From: the human T2T-CHM13v2.0 reference genome, Homo sapiens
Length of the DNA: 64,000 bases
Assembly: GCF_009914755.1 (NCBI RefSeq)
Contig: NC_060935.1
Direction: 5' to 3' (one strand)
Part shown: piece by piece, positions 38,200-51,639 of the stretch
Position numbering within the stretch: the first letter of the stretch is position 1
Layout of the letters: each line of letters begins with the position of its first letter
Made by a program: the position numbers and the translations under genes
Notes under the pieces: model-generated
The model's input: only the letters and a program-made list of their open reading frames with translations
Databases searched by the model: none
Told to the model about the DNA's origin: nothing

Positions 38200-39200
38200 T
38201 CTGTGTCCCAGTTTTTCTCTTTTTAGTTTAATCCCATGTTTCAGTAGAGCACGTTTTCTGGAAAATGCCTGAGAAAATGTATGTGGGAGGCCTGTGTGAG
38301 GTCTTGCTTGTCTTAAAGTGTTTTAATTCTGTCTTCAGACTTAATTGATAGTTGGGCTGGGTTTGGCGTGCTAGATTGTAAGTAATTTTCCTTCAGAGTT
38401 TTGAAGGTTTTGTTCCACTGCCTTCAAGCAGCTTTTCGGAAATCCAAAAGCCATTTTGATTCTGATTTTTTTTTTTTGTATGTAACCTGTTTTTAATCCT
38501 CTAGAAGCTTGTAGAATCTTCCCTTTGGCACCAGTGTTTTAAAATTTCACAATGATGTGCTTTGCTCTGAGACCCTTTCCATCCAGCATAGCGGACACTT
38601 GCATGCTTTTTGATATGGAAGTTTATATATTTTAGTTCAAGGAATTTTTCTTGAAGTTTTTATTAATGATATTTCCCTCTCTGTTTTCTCTTATTTCCTG
38701 GAACTCTTGTCATTCATATATTGTCTCCTGATCTGGTCTTCTTCCTTATTTTTTTGTTTAATCTTTTATAGTTTTGAAAATTCCCTTCCCCCACCCCCCC
38801 AATTTTCTAGGAGATTTACTCAACTTTATATTTCAACTCTTTGCTGAGTTTTTCATCTTTGTTGTCATGGTTTTAACTTTAAGAGCTTCTCCATTTTTAC
38901 CACTGTCCCTTTTTATGGTATCCTGTTTTCTTTTTTTCTTGGATAAATAATATATTCTTTCTTTCTGAACGTATTAAGGATATTTGTTTTTGAAGTTTTC
39001 TTCTTGCAAAGCCTCTATTTCCTCCAAATGGCCTTTTTGGGGGTTAGGGCTCTGTTTGGCTTTCTGCCTTTCATGTCAAAGCCTTTTCTCAGATAGTTCT
39101 TGGTTGCTGCTTGTATTTAAGGCTGGGGACTAAAGTGCTGGTAAGTAATTCTGAGCACATGGGTGGGCTTGTCAACTTCGAGGTTCATGGCTGGGAACCA
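38200..39200 (-). mobile_element. Old L1M-type fragment (approximate bounds)
   Basis: T-rich; taattttccttcagagttttgaagg...ttccactgcctt motif. Confidence 0.5.
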
Positions 39201-39971
39201 TGGGGGAACTCTGAATCTTGGTTACTTCAGGGTTAGTCTCTGAAGCTGGTCATTTTCCCCAGAGAAGATTATTAGATCTCCTGCCTAGACAATAATTACC
39301 TTATTGCTAGGATCCTCGGAGAAGAGGACTGGGACTTCCATATGTAGGTTTAATCCCCCTTTTATCAGTAGGATATACTTGCTGTCAACTACGCCTATCT
39401 AAACAACTCTCTGTTTTTACTTTCTCCAAATAACAACCCTCCATTCTTCTATTGGGGTGACGTATGGGTTGGTTGCCTCGTGGGACTGATAGGAGGGGAT
39501 ATAAGGAATGTAGCTGCGTCTTAAACATCATTCAGTCAGTTCCCTTATTTTAACTCCTTCTTCACTTCCAGTTAGATGCCAGTTTCTGAACTTTTGGAGG
39601 ACTGTGTGTTGTTGATCTGATTGGTTCTGAGCTTTCTCCTGTGACGGCTTAGGGTAGGACGCAGCCTTCGCTGGCCTCTTTAGTCACATACCGCTATCTG
39701 TCTTCTTTCCAGCTCCCAAATCTCATTATCCATGTCCTCGTGGATTTAGGTCTTTGAAAACAATCTCTTGACTGTGGCTTTAGTGGGATCCTGTGGGGAA
39801 GCAACATTAGATGTCTGTATCTACTCTGCTCTCTATCCGGAACTCGCATTTGTCTTCAGGTTCCCATTGTAATTTCTAAAGCACCGTAATCTCCTAGCAT
39901 ATTGATTGGTTGCTGTTATTGGCCAGCTCCCTCAATATTAAAAAGTAAATTTTAAAAATCTTTTATTTTAG

Positions 39972-40121
39972 CAAACGTCACTGCTGCCTCCACTCCCACC
40001 CAACTTGGGCGATGTGACCGATTTGAGTTCGAATGCCACCAACCGAAGACGTGTATTCCCAACTGGAAGCGCTGTGACGGCCACCAAGATTGCCAGGATG
40101 GCCGGGACGAGGCCAATTGCC
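39972..40121 (+). CDS. SORL1: SORL1 exon 32 (150 nt), CR10: [15 protein letters not shown]...[11 protein letters not shown]
   Basis: ttttag|CA, GCC|gtgagt; manual translation. Confidence 0.97.
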
Positions 40122-41796
40122 GTGAGTAGTCAGAGAGCCCTTCACCCCCTGGGCACGTTTCTGCAGAGAGCACAGTTCTGGTGCTTCTGCTTCATTTCTG
40201 GATCAGCACACGCCTGTGTGTGAGTCTGTGTACTTGCGTAACCATGCTCTTACTGCATTCTCCACAAGCGCTTTGCCACGTGCACCCATACCATTGCGTT
40301 AGTCACCTTCTTTTTAATAAGTTGACTGCGTTTTAAATACCAGGAGCGTGTCCAATAAAAATACTTTCTGAATGACTAAGATAAATATTTTAAATAGGTT
40401 TCATAAGCATGTTTAACTCTTTAAAAACGCCCTTGGGGAAAGCCACAACTCTTCTGTATGTACATTCATTCTTCTGGAAGTATTTAGTGAGCACTTACTG
40501 GGCGTAGAAGCTGTGTTATTAGAGGGTTTGCCTCTAGCACCCCATTAAGAAAATTCATTCTCAGTCCTTAGGGTAATTATGGTTGGTGAGATAGTGTGCC
40601 GAGCCACATGGGGAATAATCACAGGGCCATCTGAGCCCAGTGTGAGGTGATGCATGCATTCTCTACGGGTTTGGAGTTGGTGGGTCCTGGTGTTTGGTCC
40701 TCTGATGAACCCAGGGAGGATCTTTGCAGTGAGTGATGGAGGGAGACACTGGCTTCTGCAAGCGTTTATCCTCATGTGACCAGTCAGCGCTTTTCAGTCC
40801 CTGGCTGCACGCTAATGCCGCCGTTGGCTGGTCTGTCCTACTGTAGCAGACTTGGGAGGGCATGGCTGGACGGTGCTTATGCAGCCCCCCACCGGCCTGC
40901 CTCTCTGACGGTTGGGTGCTGCTCTGGCTCGGGGATCCCTGCTTTGCGGGCCTCCCCTCCATCCAGTCTCCTGCTGGCTGCAGACAGCAGACGTCCTAGC
41001 CAGTCACACTCCCTTCCTTGCCAGGATAAGGGCTTCGTCCGTGCTTGCCTGATTCCTGTCCTGGTGAATGTAGAAGACGCCCCTCTCACTCTCTGCTGAG
41101 AGCCTCCCTGCCGCCAAGCCCTAACCCTAAGCAGCAAACGCCTCAGTTCCTCCACTTTGATCCCTGTTCTGGTCCCATTTTTTTTTTAATCTTAAAATAA
41201 TGACTTCCTCAACCAATGAAAAACTGAGCCTCACTTGGAATCCTACCAAGTCTTACCATTTAGAGATGGAATAGAATCTGAGGTGGAGGTTAGTCATCTC
41301 TTAATTCCTCTAATTCAGTATTTACAAAATTTATGGGACTTAGCAGGATCATGTGGAAGTGCTTATAAGAGATGTGAATTTGGTGATCTCACCTCAGACC
41401 ACTGAATCAAGAGCAATGGTGGAGGAGATGCTCGGGAACCCAAGCCTTTTCAGAGGTGCCCTGTCTGATTCTTAGCATCAGACAAGATTGGCAAATACTG
41501 CTCTGTCCTAAATAGTTCACCCAGTAAGGCTCAGGGGGAAAGGGAAGAGGGAGTCGGCCATCCCTTCTCTGTCTGTAGCGTTGTTCTCCACAGGGTGCCC
41601 GACTGGGCTCTCCCTGGAGAGGCTTGGTTAAGAGGAAGGAGTGTGGATCCAGTAACATCTTCAGTTTGGTTGGACAAATTTTTGTTGATCATGCACAGCG
41701 TGGCAGGCATTGATCAGGTTTCTGGCAATACAAATTCTTTGTGTTTTTTTTCTGGCAGGCATTGATCAGGTTTCTGGCAATACAAATTCTTTGTGT

Positions 41797-42106
<310 letters not shown>

Positions 42107-43611
42107 TGACTGGCAATACAGATTCTAGTGGGAGGGACATCAAGTCAGCAGCTATCCTACAGTGTGGTGTAGGCAGTAGCAGAAGTTATCCAAGGAACTG
42201 GCATAGTTTGCAGGTGGGCTAGCTTCCTGGAGAGGTGGGGACAGGCCAGGAGAGGCAGCCCCATTGATGGTGCCTGGACAACGGTGGGACAAGGTGGCAG
42301 ATGATGGGCATTCTAGACACAAGGGACAGCATGTATATTCCAAGGCTCAGAGGCATAAGAAAACAGACCTGTAGAGTGGCTGTGGGTGGGACAAAGGTGA
42401 GTGCAGAGAGGTAGGCATGAGGTAGATAGGGCGACCCCTGTGCTTGGAGTTTATTTTTCTGGTCCTAAGGAGCCCTTGAAGATTTCAGAGATGGGGTGTT
42501 TATATCTTAGATCACTTGGACTTCATCATGGGGGGAATGGGTTATAGAAGAAGGCTGAGGTGAGATTGGAAGCCAGGTGCCCATTAGGAGGCTAATTTGA
42601 TGGGACTGTGAAGATGAAAAAGGAAGAGTGACCTCTTTGTATATTGGAGGTACTATTAACAGCATCCAGTGAGTTTTTTTGGCTGTGGTAATAAGGAAAA
42701 AGGAAGAATGAGGGTTTTCCCCAGGATGACAGTGAAAGCTGATGCTACCAGCTATGTGGGGGTTACTGAGGATGAGGAGTCGCAGCTTTCCCTGGGTGGG
42801 GCTAGCACGATGGTGGGTTCATTGATTGACATCAGCATCTGAGGTAGTGCAAGTCATCCTGGAAGAAACTGAAAAGGGGAGGTCAGAAACCGGGGCATTC
42901 TTGTCTTCCTTTTCATTTTACTGCATTAATTGTCCATGCAAGTGATCTTCGCTTGCCTGTTGCAATGAGTCTTTGCCAGTTTTCACACTTTTGTTGTTCC
43001 TTGTGATGATCTCTACGGTGATGGACTTCTGGAGACGAATTTCATTCTAGGCCTTGATGTGCTCTGACTTGAGAGAAAAATCATCTTGGCCAAGTCCTTA
43101 ACTTGAAATATGAAACTAATTTATTTCCACCATGCATAGGTTTTTCTCCTAACACTTGGCTTTTCGGAGGGGTCCCAGGACCCCCATCGTTGATGCGTCC
43201 TTTCCTCTCCAGGAATGTCACTTTTGCTTTTGTTTCGGCTGCCTGAAGGGTCTTTTCTTTGACTAAAAGTCAAGGAATTGGATAAGTTGCTACCTAGAGG
43301 TCTTTTTTTCAAGAAACACCCTTTGAGTCTTTCCAATTCTTCAATTTCCAAGGTAGGGTGATTTCTTTTTGTTTTGTTTATTTATTTGTTTGTTTATTTT
43401 AGTTTAGGAAAATCATAAGGAATCTTTCATTACTAAACTATTCCTGTTGGAACTCAGATCCATTTTGGGGTTGGATTTCTCTCTGTCCAGAACATGCCAC
43501 TTGTTATCTGGAACCCAAGAACCAAAAAGATTAAGATAATTTGATATCTCTTGATACTTGTGTATAAATCCATATAAATAAATAAATGAATCTATATAAA
43601 TAAACCAAATA

Positions 43612-43937
<326 letters not shown>

Positions 43938-45248
43938 TTAATCTCCTTGGTTAACATTTCCATATTACATCTCTTTCTCATTTCTTTGTCATGTCTTTCA
44001 GTTGTAAGGTTGAGCTTTGTCATTTACTTTCAAAGTTAATGCAAGTTTGCACAAATAAGTGTTTGGATTTGCTGATGGAGTTTGTCTTCAATATAATTAA
44101 TTCTCCTGCTGTGTACTTTTTTTTTTTTGAAGTTCTTCGGTGTTTAGCAGGATGCGGCAGCCTTTGATAAACCTTAAAAGATTCTTATTTCTCTTTCTGT
44201 CGCCTTATGCCTGTTTGCTTTCCTGCATTTTGGCTGTTTTGTTTTTCACTTTGCTTTATCATAAGTGGTCTTTTTCAGGCTGCTTCTGCTTTACTCTTTC
44301 TATTTGCTGTGGTAATATTTTCTGATGCTTTTTAAAGTGGCCCTATCTTCTTTACAAAGTCATTAATGACCAGATGAAAACTTGGAAGGCATGCCTGTCA
44401 TACTTGCAAGTAATACAGAGTTACCCAGATAGCTTATTTTCTGGCAAAACACTCAGGATTTACAAAGGGAAGCTAAACTTTGGTGGTGGGTTTTAATGTG
44501 CTATTCATTATTCTCAAGCAAATCATGTATTCGTTTCACTTAATTCTCAAAATAACTGCGATTTTGGTCTTATCTCCTTTGTGGAGATAGGAGAATTAAG
44601 GTCCCAAGAGGATCACCTAGCCAGTACCAGATTGGGTTATTTATTTAGGTTGAAAGCCATGTTGAAAGTTCTCATCAGGGAAGAATACACCAAAACTAAC
44701 ACAGATGAACTGAGTAGGGATTAGTGTACAGTTCTACACTTACATTAAAGGAATGAACAAAGTAGACTCCTAGAGTGTTAAACCAACAGGGACAGGTTGA
44801 TCCCACACTCACCAAAATGACAGTAGGAACATCTGAGGCGAATAAGCAACCACATAATAAGATGAACATTGGAGATAATTAAGAAAGAGAAAAGAAATGG
44901 GACCTCCCTCCTGGGTGATATTAATTCATTAATTGGCATTCTTTAAATCAGTGTTTTCAGCCTGTTTCCAATCTGGCTTATTCACAGGGATGTTGCCTGG
45001 TAAAGGGTCTTAAAATCAAGATGTGTTATATCCACGGTTTTTTTCCAACATTAATTTGATAACCTTATCTAAAAATGAAATGAGATTAGTGTGGTGCGAT
45101 TCTTTTTAGAGAACCTGTCCCCTGAAGGCGACTAAGTTCTATTCTAAGTGCCTGTTAATCATCGGTTAATTATCAGTTTAAGAATTTTCAGAGTTAATGA
45201 CAACTTTATTCCCAGATTCTATTGTTTTTTTGTTTTAATTTAAGGCTC

Positions 45249-45932
45249 TTTTTTTTTATTATACTTTAAGTTTTAGGGTACATGTGCACATTGTGCACGT
45301 TAGTTACATATGTATACATGTGCCATGCTAGTGTGCTGCACCCACTAACTCGTCATCTAACATTAGGTATATCTCCCAGTGCTATCCCTCCCCCCTCCCC
45401 CCACCCCACAACAGTCCCCAGAGTGTGATATTCCCCTTCCTGTGTCCATGTGATCTCATTGTTCAGTTCCCACCTATGAGTGAGAATATGTGGTGTTTGG
45501 TTTTTTGTTCTTGCGATAGTTTACTGAGAATGATGATTTCCAATTTCATCCATGTCCCTACAAAGGACATGAACTCATCATTTTTTATGGCTGCATAGTA
45601 TTCCATGGTGTATATGTGCCACATTTTCTTAATCCAGTCTATCATTGTTGGACATTTGGGTTGGTTCCAAGTCTTTGCTATTGTGAATAATGCCGCAATA
45701 AACATACGTGTGCATGTGTCTTTATAGCAGCATGATTTATAGTCCTTTGGGTATATACCCAGTAATGGGATGGCTGGGTCAAATGGTATTTCCAGTTCCA
45801 GATCCCTGAGGAATCGCCACACTGACTTCCACAATGGTTGAACTAGTTTACAGTCCCACCAACAGTGTAAAAGTGTTCCTATTTCTCCACCTCCTCTCCA
45901 GCACCTGTTGTTTCCTGACTTTTTAATGATTG
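45249..45932 (-). mobile_element. 5'-truncated young L1 (L1PA2-like): ORF2 C-terminus, 3' UTR and poly(A)
   Basis: ORF 45463..45834 is the L1 ORF2p C-terminus (...FSLIGGN); sense 3' UTR has GAG (not Ta ACA) and cttaaagtat. Confidence 0.9.
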
Positions 45933-46064
45933 TTTTTTTTTTTTTTTTTTAAGAAACAGGGTCTGGTTATGTTACCCAGGCTGGTCTCAGACTCCTGGAC
46001 TCAAGCAATCCAGCCTCAGCCTCCCAAGTAGCTGGGATTACAGGTGCACACTACCGCACCCAGC
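45933..46064 (-). mobile_element. Alu monomer (FLAM-like) whose tail hosts the L1
   Basis: Poly-T then acagggtc...cccaggctggtctc...gcacccagc. Confidence 0.8.
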
Positions 46065-47329
46065 TTACTTCCAGAGTCTAAAGCCCATGCTTTTTTGCTC
46101 TTAAAATTTTGAGACATACTTTATAAAGAAACCTCCAACGTCCTCAGCTCTACTGCTTAGCTGTTGTTTGATTATATTTGACCACATTGTTACCCAGTAG
46201 AATACTTCTGTGATGGGGGTTTTGGTATTTTTCAAAATAATCCCCTCTGGGCATAGTCTCTCCCTGGCAATCCTATATAAAATGGCATAACCTGATCAGA
46301 TTAATGTACTTGTTTGCAGTTTCTCTCAATAGAAGATAACTCCCTGAGGACAGGTCCTTCATCTGTTTTACATATCCCCATATTTTTAACATCTGGAGCA
46401 GTGCCCGAGTCATGGTAGGACCTCCATGAATGTTCACAGAATTCCATCTTGGGCTTCTGAGACTATTACAGTAGTGGTTCTCAAACCTTTCTCTAATTCT
46501 TGAATACACGTTTATTTGTCATGAGCTTCCCCCCACCATGGCAAACCAATTTCAGCTCAGTATATAATAGAATTCTGAAATGCAATGATCTTCCTGGAGA
46601 ATGGGGGATTATAGTTTGTGAAAAGCCTCATAAATGGTTTTGATAGTTCCCTTCTATTGACAATTTTTTATCAGGATTGTTTTTGAATAAGTAGTGAACT
46701 GAAGTCTGTACCTCCATCCTAGAGACTCGTGCAAAGAAGTCTTAATTCTTCTTTCTCATGAAAACTCATCAGTGGAGAACACTTGTCAGAGTGGTCTGCA
46801 TGTCTTCTCACCACCTCCCCCATCCTTGTATCTTTTCACCTCTAGGAAAATATCCCTGGATCCTTTATCCATTCCTCTTGACCATCCTGGTTGCTCTCAT
46901 GGGAACATTATCCAGTTTCTCTACCTATATCTCAAAGTGTGGTTGTTTATGTTAGGAGGAAGGAGAAGAGGGAGGGGGTCGAGGTCAAGAGGTGACCCAT
47001 GACCACATGCCTGGGTCTGAAGTGGGGCGTATGAAGCTTCCTTGCTCAGGTCACAATGCTCATATCACCTTTAACATAACTTTGTTACTTGTGTGTACAC
47101 TCTCTTTATTTCCTCAGGGCTTAGTTTCAGGAAGGGACTATTATCATCCTTGCTTTAAAATTAAACTATAAACAAAATTCCTTCCATAGTTAGCTTGGCC
47201 TACGTGCAGAGATAGGCAGAGGCCGTTAACCTACAAGATGTCACCATGGGCAGGGGGCAGGGTGCGGGGAGCAGAATGGAGCCACTCATGTTCAGCCTCC
47301 TTTTGTCTGTTATAATTTCCCCATTTTCA

Positions 47330-47590
47330 AAGCCAGTGATGTTGCATGTCTCTCACCTGTCTTCTGTATTCTCTCTGTCTCTCACCACAACCAGAAAAGG
47401 GTCTCTGCTTTTAAGGACCCATGTCATTAGACAGAGCCCACCTGGATAATCCAGGCTGAACTCTCCTACCTATGGGTCCTTAATCTAATCACACCTGCAA
47501 AGTTGCTTTGTTACATAAGGTAACATATTACAGGTTCCAGGGATTAGGATGTGGACGTCTTTGACTTGGAGGAGCAAGATTGATTTTAGA
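47330..47590 (-). mobile_element. MLT1-type MaLR LTR fragment
   Basis: cccacctggataatccagg...cacacctgcaaag...acaggttccagggattaggatgtggac. Confidence 0.6.
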
Positions 47591-48542
47591 CCCTCATCAC
47601 TGGTGGGATTGGATTTCTGATGTAGCCCTTCCTTGTCCAGGACTGGGCAGGCAGGTGTGAATCTGTATAAGGAAGGCCTCAAGTTACTGTTCCTGGGCTC
47701 AACCAGCTACATAGCAGATTTGTACCACCCAGGTACACAGCCTGCATAGCAGATTTGCTGTCTACAGCCATTCTCACCTTTTCTCTTTTCAGGAGCATTT
47801 GCAATTATACGGTCATTGCTTTCTTTTTGGAGCCTCCCGTGCAGTTTTAATCTACTTTCAGAACTGGAGAGCACATCACATTTTGGTCAATAGCCTAGAC
47901 ATACAGTTGCATAACCCTTAACTTACCAGTGCTCATTATTTGCATTATTTCATTTTCTGTTCAAGTACTTTGAAAAGCCAAACAACTTTAAATACTACAT
48001 AAAGTATGCATGCCTCTTAATATTGTTGGGATTCATCTCATTGTTATTTCTGTTACTCAAACCAGAAATCAGCTCCTCTTTCTAGATTGCAAACTAATAA
48101 TAGTAGCAGAATAATTAATAGTACTATAGAGTAATAGCTACAGTTTGTTGATGCCGGCCAGGAGCCAGGCAGTGTTCCAGGTGTGTGATCTCATTAGATC
48201 CTTGCAGACATGATAGTGATGGAATTGTTACTTCCATTTTTTATAGGGCAACTGAACTCAGGTGATATTAAGCTGTTTGCTCAAGCTCATGCAGATCTAG
48301 GATTTAAACTCTAGTTTGTTTGACTCCAAAGTGCTCACTCTTCCCGAATGCAGATTCCAGTTGTTAATGTTAGATGAGATGGCACCTTAGTGCCGGTATA
48401 GATTCCACCACTGGTCATTCCAGAGGTGTGTTTTGAAGCAGAAGCCAATTAGTACTTTGCCTAAATGGGAATAAACTTGGGCCCAGCCTTTAGTACCATA
48501 CGGCCCCTCCCCGTGGACTTAAGAAGCCTCTCTGTGTTTCAG

Positions 48543-48674
48543 CCACACACAGCACCTTGACTTGCATGAGCAGGGAGTTCCAGTGCGAGGACGGGGAGGC
48601 CTGCATTGTGCTCTCGGAGCGCTGCGACGGCTTCCTGGACTGCTCGGACGAGAGCGATGAAAAGGCCTGCAGTG
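48543..48674 (+). CDS. SORL1: SORL1 exon 33 (132 nt), CR11: [15 protein letters not shown]...[12 protein letters not shown]
   Basis: tttcag|CC, GTG|gtgagt; overlaps ORF 48557..48751. Confidence 0.98.
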
Positions 48675-48690
48675 GTGAGTGCCGGTCCAC

Positions 48691-48718
48691 GGGCTGGGCT
48701 GGGCTGGGCTGGGCTGGG
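48691..48718 (+). repeat. (GGGCT)5GGG pentanucleotide repeat, G-quadruplex-competent
   Basis: Six G3 tracts with 2-nt loops starting at +17 of intron 33. Confidence 0.9.
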
Positions 48719-49282
48719 AGGCTCGCTTACCCCAGGGCCCCTCCTGTGTAGACCTTGAGCTAGGACCCTTTTGAACTGTTGCTCAATCTAAGGATAAAAC
48801 AGATTTGTGCCTAGTTTTGGAGCCCCAAGTGAGGTGAGCCTTGGCCAGACTCTGATACAACATGCAGCTGTCTCCTCCCTGTTAGTGAAATGCTAGTCTT
48901 GGATTTTTTTTTTTTATGGACTTCCCACCTCATGCCCATACACCATGGCTCTCACAGTCTCAATCTGCTGGTGGGATTAACTCAGTTCTTATCTCTGGAG
49001 TGTCTAGTAATGGACCCTATGACATGGTCCTTGGACTTGTAGCATTCTCTATGGAGAAATAGGCTTAAATTGTCATAGGCAGGAGGAAGATGAAATTCGA
49101 GGGAAAATATCACGACCGGAAAAGTAGGAGACCCTAGGAGGGATTGTATAGGGAGGTTTCAACTACATTTTCTGAGATTTCTTTTCAGATAATGATTATG
49201 GCCTCCTGATAATCTAGATCATGGTAGTTCTGTTTAAAAGCAGGAGTCCTTTGAAATCTAAGGATTTGTAAGATGTAACTTT

Positions 49283-49419
49283 TTTTTTTTTGTATTTTTA
49301 GTAGAGACGGGGTTTAGCCACATTGCCCAGGCCAGTCTCGAACTCCTGAGCTCAGGCAATTTGCCCGCCTCGGCCTCCCAAAGTGCTAGGATTACAGGCG
49401 TGAGCCACCACGCCCAGCC
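49283..49419 (-). mobile_element. Left-monomer-only AluS with perfect TSD aagatgtaacttt
   Basis: TSD at 49270-49282 and 49420-49432. Confidence 0.88.
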
Positions 49420-49461
49420 AAGATGTAACTTTGTTTGACTTTTTCTCCTTTATCTCTCTAG

Positions 49462-49588
49462 ATGAGTTGACTGTGTACAAAGTACAGAATCTTCAGTGGA
49501 CAGCTGACTTCTCTGGGGATGTGACTTTGACCTGGATGAGGCCCAAAAAAATGCCCTCTGCTTCTTGTGTATATAATGTCTACTACAG
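49462..49588 (+). CDS. SORL1: SORL1 exon 34 (127 nt), FN3-1: [13 protein letters not shown]...CVYNVYYR
   Basis: ctctag|AT, CAG|gtaggt; phase 1-2. Confidence 0.97.
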
Positions 49589-49750
49589 GTAGGTCCCATC
49601 TTTGTCATGGGAGATGAAAATGATGTCTTCATTGCCCCAGGATGTTCTGTAAACTCTCTAGTGGCATGCACCATGCTATTAACGGAGTCAGACATCTCAG
49701 CCCCCCATGCTGCTCCAGTGTGACAATATCTTTATTTTTTTTTGGGCCAG

Positions 49751-49920
49751 GGTGGTTGGAGAGAGCATATGGAAGACTCTGGAGACCCACAGCAATAAGA
49801 CAAACACTGTATTAAAAGTCTTGAAACCAGATACCACGTATCAGGTTAAAGTACAGGTTCAGTGTCTCAGCAAGGCACACAACACCAATGACTTTGTGAC
49901 CCTGAGGACCCCAGAGGGAT
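49751..49920 (+). CDS. SORL1: SORL1 exon 35 (170 nt), FN3-1: [10 protein letters not shown]...VTLRTPEG
   Basis: ggccag|G, GAT|gtaagt; within ORF 49707..49937; LKPDTTY FN3 motif. Confidence 0.98.
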
Positions 49921-50279
49921 GTAAGTGTTTCAGTTAATTTTTATGGCATGGGTAAGACCTCAGGTCGGGGTTTGTGAGGGTCTTTCTGAGTATTCTCAGG
50001 AATGTGGGAACATATGTGTGCCTCACATGTACAGAAGTATGGTGGCTAAGCTTTATAGTCTTGCCAGAGTTGTCAAACATCTGTTCTTCTTACTGCATCA
50101 GAGACTGTTCTTGTACCTTAAGTTAATTTAAGATTCTCTCCACCATTGCCCTCTTGCATTTTTTGTCTAGTTTCTACCTCTACGTTCCTCCTCTAGATAT
50201 TTCCTAGTACTTGGTACTTAGGAGGAGGTCATCGTCATTAAAATATGAGGCATATCAGCAATTTTGTGGCTAAGTTTTT

Positions 50280-50570
50280 TTCTTTTTGGAGACAAGGTCT
50301 CACTCTGACACCCACACTGGAGTGCAGTGGAGGCGCAATCACTGCTCACCACCTCAGTCTTCCCAGGCTCAGGTGGTCCTCCCGCCTCAGCCTCTCGCAT
50401 AGCTGAGACTATAGGTGTGTGCCACCATGCTCAGCTAGCTTTTTGTATTTTTGTACAGAAAGGGTTTTGCCGTGTTACCTAGGCTGGTCTTGAGCTACTG
50501 AGCTCAAGCAATCCACCTACTTCAGCCTCCCAAAATGTTGGGATTACAGGTGTGAGCCACTGCACCTGGC
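50280..50570 (-). mobile_element. AluJ, TSD ttgtggctaagttttt
   Basis: Antisense dimer with flanking TSD. Confidence 0.9.
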
Positions 50571-51193
50571 TTTGTGGCTAAGTTTTTAAGAAATTTACCA
50601 AATTTATGTGTCTAAGAGAGTTCCTCGCCTCCTCCCTACTTCAAAGTAGTTGACATGAGCAACTGTCTGCTTGAATGTCATCTTTTTTCATTGCCTAAAG
50701 TATCCTGAATATGCTAGCGCTAAACTCATTAAGGAACCTGCTTTGAAGATGATCAAATTCATTTGGATATAGAAATTCTGTGATGTTACAAAATTAGTCT
50801 TATTTTTTGGTAGTCATGCCCACAGTACAGTTTTTGTTGTACAAGAAGCAGAGGCAGCAGGTGCTGTCATTGACAATTAAGATCTCAGCATGGAAGTCTC
50901 AGGGTCAGTGGTGACTCAGCCTGCCCAAGTGATTCTATCCTGCAGCCCTTATGAGCCACAAATTTACCACACACTCAACTGAGCCATGATGTGATGTGTG
51001 GACGGCACACCTTGCTTTTTGGAAGAAGAGGAAAAGTGTCTTTTCAATGTGACGACCAAGCTAGCAGCCTTTCTAGTGGATAGTCTCAATGCCGGCTGTG
51101 GAGTCGTTCTTGTCCTTGTTCTAAGCCCAGGAAAATTCCTCTGGTTGGCTGCTATGCAGATGGGTTTTAACCTTGAGTTGACTCTTTTTCTAG

Positions 51194-51306
51194 TGCCAGA
51201 TGCCCCTCGAAATCTCCAGCTGTCACTCCCCAGGGAAGCAGAAGGTGTGATTGTAGGCCACTGGGCTCCTCCCATCCACACCCATGGCCTCATCCGTGAG
51301 TACATT
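51194..51306 (+). CDS. SORL1: SORL1 exon 36 (113 nt), FN3-2: [10 protein letters not shown]...GLIREYI
   Basis: ttctag|TG, ATT|gtaagt; within ORF 50998..51480. Confidence 0.97.
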
Positions 51307-51534
51307 GTAAGTACCTTCCATGAGTTGGCTGTATGTGTGTTGGGGGTGCTAGGAGATTTCTGGGTATTCTGTATGACGAGGGGGTTGATTTGGTTTAGCT
51401 TTGTAGGTGATGACCCATCCGTCAGAACATTTTGCTCCTCACCATCTTTTCTCTCCTCCAGCCTCCTTGCAAGATATTAGGATGCCCTGGACCTTTGGTT
51501 CCCTTTACTCACATTTTTTTTCTTCTCCCTTTAG

Positions 51535-51639
51535 GTAGAATACAGCAGGAGTGGTTCCAAGATGTGGGCCTCCCAGAGGGCTGCTAGTAACTTTACAGAA
51601 ATCAAGAACTTATTGGTCAACACTCTATACACCGTCAGA
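51535..51639 (+). CDS. SORL1: SORL1 exon 37 (105 nt), FN3-2: [11 protein letters not shown]...NTLYTVR
   Basis: ctttag|GTA, AGA|gtgagt; phase 0-0. Confidence 0.97.

Noticed and set aside
41118-41130. Telomere-like ccctaaccctaa
   Set aside because: Only two units; expected by chance.
45463-45834. 123-aa ORF with strong protein-like signal
   Set aside because: It is the L1 ORF2p C-terminus of a 5'-truncated insertion with no promoter, not a gene.
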